This document shows, one piece after another, positions 1 to 12,500 of a stretch of 64,000 nt of DNA. The position numbers and the translations under genes are program-made. Source of the DNA: a bacterium (GTDB lineage: Bacteria; Electryoneota; Electryoneia; Electryoneales; Electryoneaceae). The stretch is from the NCBI GenBank assembly GCA_020444425.1, contig JAHLLB010000002.1, positions 13,250-77,249 on the forward strand. Direction: 5' to 3'. Position 1 is the stretch's first letter. Every line of letters starts with the position of its first letter. Under the pieces are notes generated by a model that had not been told where the DNA came from, did not search any database, and saw only the letters and a program-made list of their open reading frames with translations.

Positions 1-1824
1 CCGATTGTCGATGAGATCGCGTACCGCAACATGGCGCTGGCATTCCTGAACGGTGCGCCTGATTTGTACCCCTTTTTCCGGCCACCGCTGTGGCCGATGC
101 TGATGGCGGGCTACTATCTCATCTTCGGCCAGGATGCCGGCTTCCTTGGCATCCGAATCCTCAGCGCAATCCTCAGTTCACTGGCAATTGTTTCCGGATT
201 TCGCATCGCGGATCGTCTGTTTGGACGCCGGAATGCGTGGATTTCAGCCGCGATCACCGCCTCCGCCGGGGTATTGCTGCACCTTAGCGCAACCGGCCTG
301 GCGACCTCGCTGTACACGTTGCTGACTGTTGAGGCAGTGCGCTTAACGTTGCACGCCTGGGATCGTCGCGACAACCCGCACCATGCGTTCCCTGCCGGAG
401 TGCTGTGGGGACTGGCGGCGCTGGCGCGTCCCAACGCCCTTGCCGGAGCGATACTTTCCATGCTGTGGTTGATCTGGCCGTACTTCCGGGTGTGGAAAAC
501 GCGTCACCGGCAGGCGTTCGAGAAGGGCGGCTGGTTGCTGCTCGGTGTCGTGCTGATCGTGCTACCGATCACGATGCTGAACTGGGTCCACGGTGATGAT
601 CCGGTTCTGATTTCGACGAACGGCGGGATCAACTTCTACCTTGGCAACAATGCGTCGGCGGATGGCCTGAGCCCACTCCACCCCGTGCTCGGACCGGACT
701 GGGCACCGGCGGAGGTGGAAGCGTGGTCGGCTGAACAGGCCGGGCGTGCGTTGACACCGAACCAGTCGTCCAACTGGTACTACGCGGAGGGACTGCGGTT
801 CTGGGTACAGCATCCGGGTGATGCTGCGTTGCTGACATTGAAGAAGCTGCTGGTCACGCTCGGCGGCACCGAAACCAGCAACAACGGCGACTGGCGATTT
901 TTTGCCGATCGGCGGGTGATGTTGCAGTTACTGTTGCTGGTCGGATTCTGGTGGATTGCTCCGCTCGGATTCGCCGGATTGCTGGCGGCACGGCGGAACC
1001 CGCAAACGGTGTACATCGCGGTGATTATCGCCGTCAATCTGCTGGTCGTTGCTGCGTTCTTTGTCGCGTCACGGTTCCGGGCACCGCTGATCCCGTTGAC
1101 TGCGCCGTTCACCGTGTATGCCATCCAGGTGATGCTTGATCGACAACAACGGCGGCGTGCGAGACGAGTGCTGATCGCCGGGATCGCGCTCATCGTTGGG
1201 CTCAACGCGGCAGCCTGGCCGTTCGCTCAGCCGGACAATCACGCCTACGGGCATCTCGTATACGGCATGCTGTACGTCAAGGAACACGATTCACACCAGG
1301 CAGCCGAGCATTTCCGGCAGGCGTTGGATGATAACCAGAACACACCTCTGGCGAACCTGTACCTCGGCGATCTCGCCCGCGATAACGAACAGTTTGAATC
1401 CGCGATCACTCGGTACCGTGCGGAAAACCTGCTCAAGCCGAAATACCGCGCGTATCGTGGCTTGGGAATCTGCTTCCGGCAGCTGGGGATGCGTGACAGT
1501 GCGCTGGTCGCATTTGAGACAGCTTACCAGATGAATCCTGCGGATGACGCGTTACGCCAAGCCCTCGCGGAAGAAGTTGGTGAACAGGCGCTGTCGGCGA
1601 TGGAAAATGGCGACGAGGCACAGGCTGTTGCAGGATTCACCCGCGCGAGTGAGATCGCTCCGGAAAACCCGTTTTTCAGCTTCGGGCTGGCCGGAGCGTT
1701 GTGGTCGGCTGGCGAGATGGATCGTGCCAATGCGATCACCGATTCACTGTATCAACGCTATCCCGATTTCGTGCCGGCGAAACAATGGGTCGAAGAAGGT
1801 TGGCGGCCCGAATCTGAACAGTAG
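1..1824 (+). CDS. GT-C fold membrane glycosyltransferase (PMT/ArnT-like) with C-terminal TPR repeats; 5'-partial
   Basis: The frame is open from base 1 (PIVDEIAYRNM...). It has a DE acidic loop motif, FFRPPLWP, many TM segments, ARPN, NGGINFYLGN and SRFRAP, then TPR-like helices. Confidence 0.75.
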   Translation, partial: PIVDEIAYRNMALAFLNGAPDLYPFFRPPLWPMLMAGYYLIFGQDAGFLGIRILSAILSSLAIVSGFRIADRLFGRRNAWISAAITASAGVLLHLSATGLATSLYTLLTVEAVRLTLHAWDRRDNPHHAFPAGVLWGLAALARPNALAGAILSMLWLIWPYFRVWKTRHRQAFEKGGWLLLGVVLIVLPITMLNWVHGDDPVLISTNGGINFYLGNNASADGLSPLHPVLGPDWAPAEVEAWSAEQAGRALTPNQSSNWYYAEGLRFWVQHPGDAALLTLKKLLVTLGGTETSNNGDWRFFADRRVMLQLLLLVGFWWIAPLGFAGLLAARRNPQTVYIAVIIAVNLLVVAAFFVASRFRAPLIPLTAPFTVYAIQVMLDRQQRRRARRVLIAGIALIVGLNAAAWPFAQPDNHAYGHLVYGMLYVKEHDSHQAAEHFRQALDDNQNTPLANLYLGDLARDNEQFESAITRYRAENLLKPKYRAYRGLGICFRQLGMRDSALVAFETAYQMNPADDALRQALAEEVGEQALSAMENGDEAQAVAGFTRASEIAPENPFFSFGLAGALWSAGEMDRANAITDSLYQRYPDFVPAKQWVEEGWRPESEQ

Positions 1825-1967
1825 CAGGCCCGTGCCAAAGCACTTGCAAGCGTGTAGTGATGCTTCTGCCATAGACGATATGTGTGCCCCGGCCAGCTTG
1901 CTGATCGGGATTAGCTGACGTTCATCCTATTTACGGATCATTTTCGTGATCGTGAAACTGCGCCTCC

Positions 1968-2354
1968 TCACCGGGATACTGCCGGTGGCGGCGGATCGAC
2001 CGCCTGAACCATTTTCGCGTGGCCGTCATCGTCCAACGCGACAAACGTGCAGGTAGTCCGCACCACCAGCTCCTCGCGCACCAGGCCGAGGATGTCGAAG
2101 GTGATGCTTGTCCGGCCGACCTTCGGCGCGCACGCCTCGAACCGCACGATCTCCCCCACCTTCACCGGTTTCTTGAACACAATCTCGGTGAATTTGACGG
2201 TGACGACATGCATCTCACCGGTCCATGTCCGCGCGAAAATCGCCCCGGCCTCGTCCAGCCAGCCCATCATGATGCCGCCGAACAGGTTGCCGTGCGTGCC
2301 GACATCCTTCGTCATGCACATTTTCGCGGTGATCGGGTAGTGTTGCTCGCTCAT
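1968..2354 (-). CDS. Acyl-CoA thioesterase, hotdog fold (YciA-like)
   Basis: D-x-G-x-HGNLFGG..W.DEAG, F.KPV.VG, VGRTS and TFVALDDDG motifs. Confidence 0.85.
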   Translation of the reverse strand: MSEQHYPITAKMCMTKDVGTHGNLFGGIMMGWLDEAGAIFARTWTGEMHVVTVKFTEIVFKKPVKVGEIVRFEACAPKVGRTSITFDILGLVREELVVRTTCTFVALDDDGHAKMVQAVDPPPPAVSR

Positions 2355-2399
2355 TGATGACTCGTTTGCGTAGTTAACCTGTGAGTACTCTCCACTAGC

Positions 2400-2425
2400 T
2401 TACCACGGGCTTAAGTCCGTGGTAA
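2400..2425. repeat. 26-bp near-perfect palindrome (REP or IS200/IS605-end-like hairpin)
   Basis: TTACCACGGGCTTAAGTCCGTGGTAA, with one G/T mismatch, between divergent genes. Confidence 0.6.
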
Positions 2426-2627
2426 TTGGGTGGGCCAGGGTCCGAAAAAAATGCGCGATGCCCGTGCAAGCTGCGCTGGTGCGGTTGAAGGAACGGTAAT
2501 ATGATCCGTGAAGTGACTCGGGAAAGAGAAGCCTGTCCCCCCGCCTCCACGAGAAATCAGCACATGCGTCCCCGTGCGTTACTTTTCCACCATCAAACAA
2601 CCAACAACGCAGCGATGGAGTCTGACC

Positions 2628-3827
2628 ATGAGTACCTCGTTCCGGGCACGTGAGATCGCGGACAACGTTTACTGGGTCGGCGCGATTGACTGGGAACTGG
2701 AAGAGTTCCACGGCTACGCCACCCCGCGCGGCACAACGTACAACGCCTACCTCATCCTCGCGGACAAGATCACGCTGATCGACACGGTCAAGGCGAAGTA
2801 TACGGACGAGCTGCTGGCACGGATCTCCTCGGTTGTGCACCCGTCACGCATTGACTACATCGTCTCCAACCACGCCGAGATGGACCACACCGGCGCGTTG
2901 CCGAAGCTGCTGGACATTGTGCAGCCGGAAGCGGTGTACGCGTCCCCGAAAGGTGTGCAGGCGTTGGAGTTGCACTATGGCGGCGAGATGAATCTCGTCG
3001 GTGTCAAGGACGGCGACACGTTGTCCCTCGGCAACATGCAGCTACAGTTCATGCTCACCAGCATGGTGCATTGGCCGGACAGCATGTTCAGCTTCCTCGA
3101 TCACGGCAAGCTGTTGTTCTCCAATGATGCGTTCGGGATGCACGTCGCATCGTCGGCATTGTGGGCCGACGAACTCGAGCCGGGCCTGATCCACGAGGAG
3201 ACGAAGAACTACTACGCGAACATCCTCTGGCCGACATCACGGGCTGTTGGGAAAACGTTGAAGGGACTGGAGAAGGCCGGGATCGAACCGGACATCATCC
3301 TCCCCGACCACGGTCCGGGCTGTCGCAAGGACCTGGACATGGTGCTGAAGTGGTACGCCGACTGGTCGGAAGGTGTCAAGGATCCGAAGCGGGCGGTGAT
3401 CCTGTTTGACACGATGTGGGGCTCAACGGCGTTGATGGCGCGTGCCATCGCGGACGGCCTGATCGAGGGTGGGATGAACGTGTCCATGCTGCCGATGGCG
3501 AAGACTGAACGCGCGCATGTGGCGATGGAATGCCTCGATGCGTCCCTGCTGCTGGTCGGTTCGCCGACGCTGAACGGAGGGATGTTCCCGTCCATCGCGG
3601 ACGCCCTGACCTACATCTCCGGCCTCAACCCGGGCAAACCGAGGATCAAGGGTGGCGTGTTCGGCTCGTACGGCTGGAGCGGCGGCCTGTATAAGAAGCT
3701 CGCGGCCCAATTGGACGATATGGGCGTCGACATCGCGCAAGATCCGCAGTCGGTGCAGTATGTGCCCAAGGCCGATGACCTCGCGGCGTGCCGGGAGTAT
3801 GGGTTGGTGTTGGCCAGCGAAGAATGA
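2628..3827 (+). CDS. fprA: Flavodiiron protein (FprA/NorV family; MBL-fold plus flavodoxin)
   Basis: GTTYNAYL, SNHAEMDHTG, HWPD, SNDAFG and PDHG diiron ligands; flavodoxin motifs TMWGST, GSPT and FGSYGWSGG. The start is moved to ATG 2628, which has GGAG at 2617-2620. Confidence 0.92.
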   Translation: MSTSFRAREIADNVYWVGAIDWELEEFHGYATPRGTTYNAYLILADKITLIDTVKAKYTDELLARISSVVHPSRIDYIVSNHAEMDHTGALPKLLDIVQPEAVYASPKGVQALELHYGGEMNLVGVKDGDTLSLGNMQLQFMLTSMVHWPDSMFSFLDHGKLLFSNDAFGMHVASSALWADELEPGLIHEETKNYYANILWPTSRAVGKTLKGLEKAGIEPDIILPDHGPGCRKDLDMVLKWYADWSEGVKDPKRAVILFDTMWGSTALMARAIADGLIEGGMNVSMLPMAKTERAHVAMECLDASLLLVGSPTLNGGMFPSIADALTYISGLNPGKPRIKGGVFGSYGWSGGLYKKLAAQLDDMGVDIAQDPQSVQYVPKADDLAACREYGLVLASEE

Positions 3828-3896
3828 TTTGAATTCTGCGTGGCAGTGTCGGAAGTCGTGAAGGTGCGAACCGATAAGCCTTTTAAGGAAGCGCGC

Positions 3897-3946
3897 AAAA
3901 AGAGACGGGGACAGCCGATTATTCGACTGTCCCCGTTGTTTTTCTC
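3897..3946. terminator. Bidirectional intrinsic terminator between convergent fprA and dnaK
   Basis: Hairpin ACGGGGACAGCCGA-TTAT-TCGACTGTCCCCGT, flanked by an A-run and a T-run. Confidence 0.75.
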
Positions 3947-3976
3947 AGGACTCAAGTCTCACGACTCAAGTCTGGT
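3942..3976. repeat. Degenerate heptamer tandem repeat (NNCTCAN x4-5)
   Basis: TTCTCAG GACTCAA GTCTCAC GACTCAA GTCTGGT, immediately after the dnaK stop. Confidence 0.55.
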
Positions 3977-3978
3977 GT

Positions 3979-5976
<1,998 letters not shown>

Positions 5977-6031
5977 TTAAAGGTCAAGATCTGCCACGCG
6001 GGCGGACCTCTCCCGCGCTGTCAACAGTGTT

Positions 6032-6047
6032 GGCAACAGCCATGCCA
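6032..6047 (-). promoter_or_regulatory. Sigma54 (-24/-12) promoter candidate for dnaK
   Basis: The minus strand reads TGGCATGGCTGTTGCC, i.e. GG-N10-GC matching TGGCA-N6-TTGC, about 105 bp upstream of the dnaK start. Confidence 0.65.
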
Positions 6048-6086
6048 GAACGGATCCTGCGTCTCGCGATAATCCGCAATTCACCC

Positions 6087-6137
6087 TGTGGATAAGAAGT
6101 GGAACGGCATACATCGCTATCCACACTTCTTACCCAC
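6087..6137. promoter_or_regulatory. Inverted repeat containing DnaA-box-like 9-mers upstream of dnaK
   Basis: Arms GTGGATAAGAAGT ... ACTTCTTACCCAC. TGTGGATAA (6087-6095) is a perfect reverse DnaA box; CTATCCACA (6117-6125) has one mismatch. Confidence 0.45.
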
Positions 6138-6276
6138 CGCTGAAAGGCGCATCACCACTGGAAATGTGAGCTGGAATCGAGATGTTGTCTTCTCCCAACA
6201 CCGCTCAGTGACGAGTCTAGGGTGAAAATTGGGGAGTGCTCAAGTTGCGGAAAACGACCAACCTACAGTCTGCCGT

Positions 6277-6308
6277 AAAAGAAAAACCCTGCCGATCTGG
6301 CAGGGTTT
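6277..6308 (-). terminator. Intrinsic terminator of the 6336-7193 gene
   Basis: AAACCCTGCC-N5-GGCAGGGTTT followed by a U-tract on the minus strand. Confidence 0.75.
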
Positions 6309-6335
6309 GGCAGAGAATGTCTGACGATGCAGCGG

Positions 6336-7193
6336 CTACCACAGCAGCATTGCAATTACAAGGGACGGTTGCGTTGAACCATAGTTCTTGATTTCTACCT
6401 GGAACTTGTCGCCGCCGTCGTTTTCATAAACCAGCACCGGCACCTTGTCCGACTGCGTGTCCGCCTGCAGCTGGGTGTCGTTGCGGTCGTAAAGGATCAG
6501 GTCAGCGTCGCTGCAGTTTTCGTCCGCTGCACCGAGCAGGATGTTCAGTCCGTCCACGAGATGCACGTTGGTTACGGTCACGCTCTCCCCCGATCCCAAC
6601 GGCGCGCCGTACAGCGCCCATTGGTTTGGAGTGTCGATGAACGCGAGGTCATCGGCGAAGGAGCTCTGGGCCGCAGTTTCCAAACCGATATCGACACAGG
6701 TCGTGAGCTGATCGAGGTCGAGGTTGACGCCGTTTTCCTGCATCAGGACCAGGCTGCAGAAACTGGACGCCGTCGCATCGTAGAGTTTCACCGTGATGCG
6801 ATAATAGGCGGTCTTGGTCGGCGTGAACTCGAGCAACGGGTTGGCGTCGGTCTGCGTGTCTTCCTGTATTGTGTTACCCTTGCTGTCGGAGATGGTCAAG
6901 TCAACGTCGGTTGCGTCGTCATCCCCTGCCGCCATAATCAGATAACTGGTCCCGGCCTGAAATTCGGCGGACCAGCTGATTTCTTCTCCAACGTCAAACA
7001 ACGACCCCATGATGCTGATGCCGGGCATGTAGCCCACGTTGTCCACGACCAGGCCGACGAGGCCGGAATTGAGTACGATCCGGTCCATCGCCTGCTTCAT
7101 GTACTTACCCGGCGCCCAGCTGTTGATGTCTGCCATCACAGGCAACGCCAGCAGAAAAACACAGACAAGTGCAATGAAGATGCCCTTCATCAC
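6336..7193 (-). CDS. Secreted hypothetical protein with two PPC-like beta-sandwich repeats
   Basis: Signal peptide (LALPVMA). Repeated motif D..DVDL.I.D..G.....DTQ.D..P / D..DADL.L.D......DTQ.D..P. Confidence 0.7.
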   Translation of the reverse strand: MMKGIFIALVCVFLLALPVMADINSWAPGKYMKQAMDRIVLNSGLVGLVVDNVGYMPGISIMGSLFDVGEEISWSAEFQAGTSYLIMAAGDDDATDVDLTISDSKGNTIQEDTQTDANPLLEFTPTKTAYYRITVKLYDATASSFCSLVLMQENGVNLDLDQLTTCVDIGLETAAQSSFADDLAFIDTPNQWALYGAPLGSGESVTVTNVHLVDGLNILLGAADENCSDADLILYDRNDTQLQADTQSDKVPVLVYENDGGDKFQVEIKNYGSTQPSLVIAMLLW

Positions 7194-7411
7194 CGTCCCC
7201 TCCCTTGTGCGTACAGCTCGATCAAAATGTCCAACTCGTCCCGAGTTAGGCGATCAGCTACAAGACGAATATATTCAGCCGCTTCTTCGTGCGCAAGACA
7301 TTATTATAAGATATAACACTAAAGTAAGTTTATCGCGATTCGAGGCGCAACTCGGTATATAATCTCACAATCGGCTCGACGGCGAAAGAGCTCCATTCGG
7401 ACAGAGAGAGC

Positions 7412-7441
7412 AAACCGGTCTCCGCTGGAGGCCGGTATTTC
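7412..7441. terminator. Intrinsic terminator-like hairpin after the CMD gene
   Basis: ACCGGTCTCC-GCT-GGAGGCCGGT with A/T-rich flanks. Confidence 0.55.
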
Positions 7442-7478
7442 TATCGTGCGTGCATGTGCGTAGTTCGAGTTACGGGGG

Positions 7479-8135
7479 CTACTTCCAGTCCTGTTTGTTT
7501 TCGATGGTGCGCAGCAGGAACGGTGCTTCAGAAATGCCGGGCCGGTCCGGGAACTGCTTCGCCAGCGTGTCGAGCAGACGATCGAGTTCGTCGATTGGCA
7601 CTCCGACTCGAATCGCGCCGCGCAGGTGGCTGTAGAGCTGCCGTGAACGGTTCTTCATCACCAGCACGGAGACCGTTCCAATCTCACGGGTCTGCATGTC
7701 CAACCCACCGCGCGCCAGCACTTTGCCGTAGCCCTCGGCGATCATCCAGCTCGCCAGTTCCGGGCTGTTGCCGCCGATGTATTCCCGCACCCGGTCGGAC
7801 ATGACACCGTAGACCAGTTGAAACGTGTCCTGTCCACGGTCCAGCCACTGATCCCACCCGGCGGATTCATACAGCTGCTTGTCCTCTTCGCTGCCTGGCC
7901 AGATCTTTTCCAGCGTCGCTGTCGCTTCCAACGCGGTGGCGTAGCCGTCGTGCAGGTAGGTTTGCAGCAGGACTTCGTAGATCGCGCGCCGAGTGACGCC
8001 TGCGTCCTTCAGCTCACGGATCAGCTTCGTGGTCAACGGTGTCATCTGGGCGACGGTGGACGCGGCAAGCACACCGAGGGTGATCGCGTGCTCCCGTGCG
8101 GCGGGATCGGGCAGGTTGTTGGGATCGTGTGGCAT
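7479..8135 (-). CDS. Carboxymuconolactone decarboxylase (CMD/AhpD-like) family protein
   Basis: EVLLQ..L..GY, YG.VL.R.GLD..TRE and QL.SHLRGA.RVG motifs. No CxxC. Confidence 0.8.
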   Translation of the reverse strand: MPHDPNNLPDPAAREHAITLGVLAASTVAQMTPLTTKLIRELKDAGVTRRAIYEVLLQTYLHDGYATALEATATLEKIWPGSEEDKQLYESAGWDQWLDRGQDTFQLVYGVMSDRVREYIGGNSPELASWMIAEGYGKVLARGGLDMQTREIGTVSVLVMKNRSRQLYSHLRGAIRVGVPIDELDRLLDTLAKQFPDRPGISEAPFLLRTIENKQDWK

Positions 8136-8176
8136 GTGGTTTTAATCTGTCAGTGAATTTTGAACTGCACTCATGC

Positions 8177-8196
8177 CCCAGACATTCATGTCTGGG
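8177..8196. repeat. 20-bp palindrome (REP-like)
   Basis: CCCAGACAT-TC-ATGTCTGGG, the same 9-2-9 architecture as the core of the 2400 palindrome. Confidence 0.5.
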
Positions 8197-8375
8197 ATCA
8201 TCCAGCCTGGAAGTCCAACCCGCGATCATGGAGAAACGCTCCGTGATCCAAGGGGTCCATCTCCGCGTCTGCCAGTGTTTTGACACAGGCACGTACTGTA
8301 GACTCGGAAAATACGATGGAGAAACGCCCCGATGTCAGTCACCGGGGCGTGGAATCATCGTTCTTTCGTCAACGG

Positions 8376-9389
8376 TTAGAACTTGCCGTTGAGGATGTCG
8401 ATCTGGTACTGTGCCGGCTGACGGTAGTTACGGTCGTTCATCGCCTTTTCGTAGGCAGTGATGGCGGCATCTTTCTGTTCCAGATGCTGGCGTGCCCAAC
8501 CGAGTTCGAACCATGCGGCGGCGTAGTTGCCATTGATGCCGGTCGCTTGTTCGGCGGATGCAGCGGCTTCGTTGTACGACCCGAGCTTGTTCAGCTTTTC
8601 AGCCAGCGCGGTGAGGTACTTGTAGTTGCGGCTGTCCAGGGCAACAGCGGATTTGATCGCGTCTGCAGCTTCGCGCATCTGGCCGTTTTCCCCGTAGGCC
8701 TTGCCCATGTTGTAGAACGCGTCCTCGTTTGTCGCGTCCAGCTGGGTTGCCTGGGAAAACGAGCTGATGGCCTTATTGTAATCCTTCTGGTAGTAGTAGG
8801 CGAGGCCCAGGCCGGTGAACGCCTTCGACTTGTCGGCTGGATCGCCGGCTTCCACCTGCACCGCACGCTGGAACACCGCGATGGCATCACCAAACTGGCG
8901 CTTCCGGTTCAGGATCATGCCCTTGGCGTAGTACGCCTTGACATAGTTGGAATTCAGCTGCGTCGCCTGGTTGAATGCTTGTTCCGCCTGGTCGAGCTGG
9001 TTGTTGAACTGGTAGGCGAGGCCGAGGCTGTAGAAGGTCTTTGCTTCCAGCGGGTTCAGCTCTGCAGACTGGTTGAACGAGCTGATCGCGGCGGTATAAT
9101 TCCGCTGCCGCAGGTACTGATTGCCTTCGTTGTACAGCGAAATCGCGCGCGACTTTGCTTCTGCATCGGCCTGCAATGCGTTGACGGCGGCTTCAATCTC
9201 TGCCTTCAGCTGATTGTATTCCGCGAGCATATCGTCATACTTGTCAGCGTTGGCGGGATCTTTCATCAATTCCACCAATTCCTCGGCACGGGCCTTCTTT
9301 TCTTCAATTTCCGGCGTCTGCGCGTTAACGAGATTCGCACCCAGCGTCAGCAGCAGAATCGTAAGCAGCAGTAACGTTAGCCGTTTCAT
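8376..9389 (-). CDS. Exported tetratricopeptide repeat protein
   Basis: Signal peptide MKRLTLLLL..VNA followed by about 7 TPRs (e.g. AFYNMGKAY, AWFELGWA). Start moved to ATG 9389. Confidence 0.85.
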   Translation of the reverse strand: MKRLTLLLLTILLLTLGANLVNAQTPEIEEKKARAEELVELMKDPANADKYDDMLAEYNQLKAEIEAAVNALQADAEAKSRAISLYNEGNQYLRQRNYTAAISSFNQSAELNPLEAKTFYSLGLAYQFNNQLDQAEQAFNQATQLNSNYVKAYYAKGMILNRKRQFGDAIAVFQRAVQVEAGDPADKSKAFTGLGLAYYYQKDYNKAISSFSQATQLDATNEDAFYNMGKAYGENGQMREAADAIKSAVALDSRNYKYLTALAEKLNKLGSYNEAAASAEQATGINGNYAAAWFELGWARQHLEQKDAAITAYEKAMNDRNYRQPAQYQIDILNGKF

Positions 9390-9511
9390 GTTCTCACCTG
9401 GTTGTGACAAACAGTTTCGTTGCTTCATCGCGGCAAATATAGAACTCGTCTATAATACCCGCAAGCGTAATGGTGGGTTTCGCCCTGCCGCTCCTTCTGC
9501 TAAAGATTTGT

Positions 9512-12500
9512 TCACTTCGCACGTTTGAAGGAGCGCCCCCCACTCCCGTACTGCAAGGCTTCCCGGGGTCCTTCATGCTGTTGCGAAATGCCAAGGCGGG
9601 GTACCTCTCTCGCGTGTCCGTTGAAGGACGATTCGGTCTCAATCAGCTGCACCCAGTCGGCTGTCATGCTGAACACGCCGTGGTGTTCCTCGATCAGACC
9701 ATGGACCAGATACGGTCCATTCCCGCGCAGAATCGGGGCATGACGCTCGTAAACGCGTGGGAAAACCGTCACCTCGAAACGTCCGGTGAGATCCTCCATC
9801 GCGATAAATTCCATCTGCTGCTTGTTTTTGCGCGTCGTGATGCGTTTGTGTGAGTACGCCCAGCCGATCATGTTGACGTGTTGCCCACAATAACTTCCCA
9901 TCTCCCGGGACGGAATGCAACCACGATCGGGCAGATCGAGCAGCGCCAGCGGGTGTGTGCCGGGTGAAAAACCGAGCACCTTGCGTTCCGCCATGTATTT
10001 CTGCTGTTCGGTCCAATCGTCGGACGGCGGCAGGTGTGTGAACAGATCGTCGGCGTCGATGGCGAGCGGTCCCGGCCCGTTGCGGTAGGCGTCGAAGCCC
10101 GCGCGCAGGTTGCGCAGCAGGGTCGGACGGTTGACACCGAGCCCGTCCAGCGCCCCGCAGGCGATCAACGCCTCGGCTTCGTCCCGTGCGGGACGAATGC
10201 GCATGATAAAGTCGCCCAGATGCCGGAACGGGCCCAATTCACGTCGGTTCTGCAGGATCAGGTCGAGGGTTTCGTCCCGCAGCGCCCCCACTCCCCGCAG
10301 TCCGAGCTGGATCGTCTGGTTCTTGCCGAAATGTTCACGTTCGCTGCGGTTGATGTGCGGTAGCAGGACTTGCAGTCCGTTGCGTTTCGCATCGGTGACG
10401 TACGCCGCCTGGCTGTAGTAGCCGCCGCCGTTGGCGAGCACGGCCGCGTAGAACTCCGCCGGGTGATAGGCTTTCAGGTACGCGAGCTGCATCGACAAGA
10501 CGGCAAACGAGGCGCTGTGCGCCTTGCAGAACGAATACCCGGCGAAGGATTCGATCTGCCGCCACAGTTCGTCCGCGATCTTTGGTGTCACCCCGCGTTC
10601 ATGGCAGCCGAGACGGAATTCCTCGCGCAGTTTGCGCATCGCTTCGTGGCTGCGTCCCTTGCCACTCATTGCACGGCGCAGCAGGTCGGCACGGCCCAAC
10701 GGCAGCCCGGCGATGTGATGCGCGACCTTGATCACGTCTTCCTGGTAGATCATCACGCTGTGGGTTTCGGCGAGCAGCGTCTTCATCTTCGGATGCAGGT
10801 AGGTCGCTTTCGACGGATCGTTGACGCGCTCGATGTACTGCTCCATCATGCCCGATTCGCTGACTCCGGGCCGGATCACAGAACTTGCCGCGACCAGCCC
10901 CTCGAAGTTGTCGCAATCCAGCTTCTGCAACAAGGCGATCATACCCGGGGATTCGACGTAGAACACGCCCATCGTCTTGCCTGTACGCAGCATGGTGCGG
11001 GTCGGAACGTCGCGGAAGACGGTTTCAGTGTCGTCCACCAGCGGATTCAGCCCGTCCCCATTGCGCCGGACCATGGAGCAGGTGTCCTTGAGTACGCCCA
11101 GTGAACGCTGGCTAAGCAGGTCGATCTTGACCAGTCCGAGATCCTCGACGCTATACATGTCGTAGTGCGTGATGACAAAGCCCTTGTTCGCACGTTCGAG
11201 CGCACTCCAGTCGGTGATCGGGGTCGGAGTGATGACGATTCCACCAGCGTGAATCGACAGGTGCCGCGGCAGGCTGAGGATGGTCTGTGCGGCGTTGGCG
11301 ATGCTCAGCCACGGTTCCTTGTCCAGCGGGAGGTTGCGGCATTCCGGGGTTTCATCCTTCAGCGCCGCCAGCGAGGATGGATGCGAAAAATGCGGGATGT
11401 GCCGGGTGATCCGTCCGATCTCTTCTTCGGGCATACCGTACGCGAGCGCGGTTTCGTGCAGCGCGGCACGGGCGGCGAAGGTGACATAGGTCGCGATCAT
11501 CGCGACGTGATCGTCGCCGTAGGTATCGTACACGCCGTGCAGGATGTCGTCGCGGTCACGCCATGAAAAGTCAAGATCGATATCCGGCGGACTGCTGCGT
11601 TCCGGGTTCAGGAACCGCTCGAAGTAAAGGTCGTATTTGAGCGGACAGATGTCGGTTAGCCGCAGGCAGTAACAGACCATGCTGTTGGCGGCGGAGCCGC
11701 GTCCGAGGGTACGCACACCCCGCGCCCACGCCTTCCGTGCAATATCATGCACCACCAGCATGTAGCCGGTGAAGCCGAGATGGTCGATCACGCCGAGCTC
11801 GTAGGCCAACCGTTCGCGGACAGCGTCCGGCGGCGCGGGACCGTACCGCTCCCGGCTGCCTCGTTCCGCGCGATGACGGAGTTCGTCGAACGCTTCAACA
11901 CCGTCCGGCAGGTGCGGCGCGGGGAATTTCAACTCGCCAAGACGCAGGTCGACGTCGCAACGCTCGGCGAGCGACGCGGTGTTGTGCAGCGCTTCCGGCA
12001 CACTGGCGAAACAGTCGTAGAGGTGTGGAATGTCAACGAGTGCATGCCCAAGCTGATGATCACCCTGCCGCGAAAGGACGGTTCGTTCACCGATCGCGCG
12101 CAGCAGACGGACGGTTTCCCGTTGCTCCGGATGGACATGCGTAACCGGTGCGGTGGCGATGAACGGCAGACTCAGGGAACGGCCGGCGTCCCACGTACGG
12201 CGGGCATGGTCACGGGTGTGCGGATTGTCGAACGCGATGAGGTTGGCGTAGACATCGCCCGGCGTCAGCTGTTCACGCAGCGCCATCAGCAGGTCCGGCC
12301 GGTCGGACGCGGCAATCACCCCCTCCCCCAGCTCGCGGATGGCGTGCGACAGCCGGAAGTCCTGCTCCAGCTGACGTGCCGATGCCGCGCGGCAGATCGC
12401 AGCGTAGCCGGTCGCATCCTTCGCCCACAACAGCATCGTGCGGGACGGGTCGCCAGGTTCATCCAGCAACAGGCCGAGTACGGGCCGGATCTCGTTCGCT

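Noticed and set aside
6087-6137. Possible oriC
   Set aside because: Only one perfect and one or two imperfect DnaA boxes, no AT-rich unwinding element, and no dnaA, dnaN or gidA nearby.
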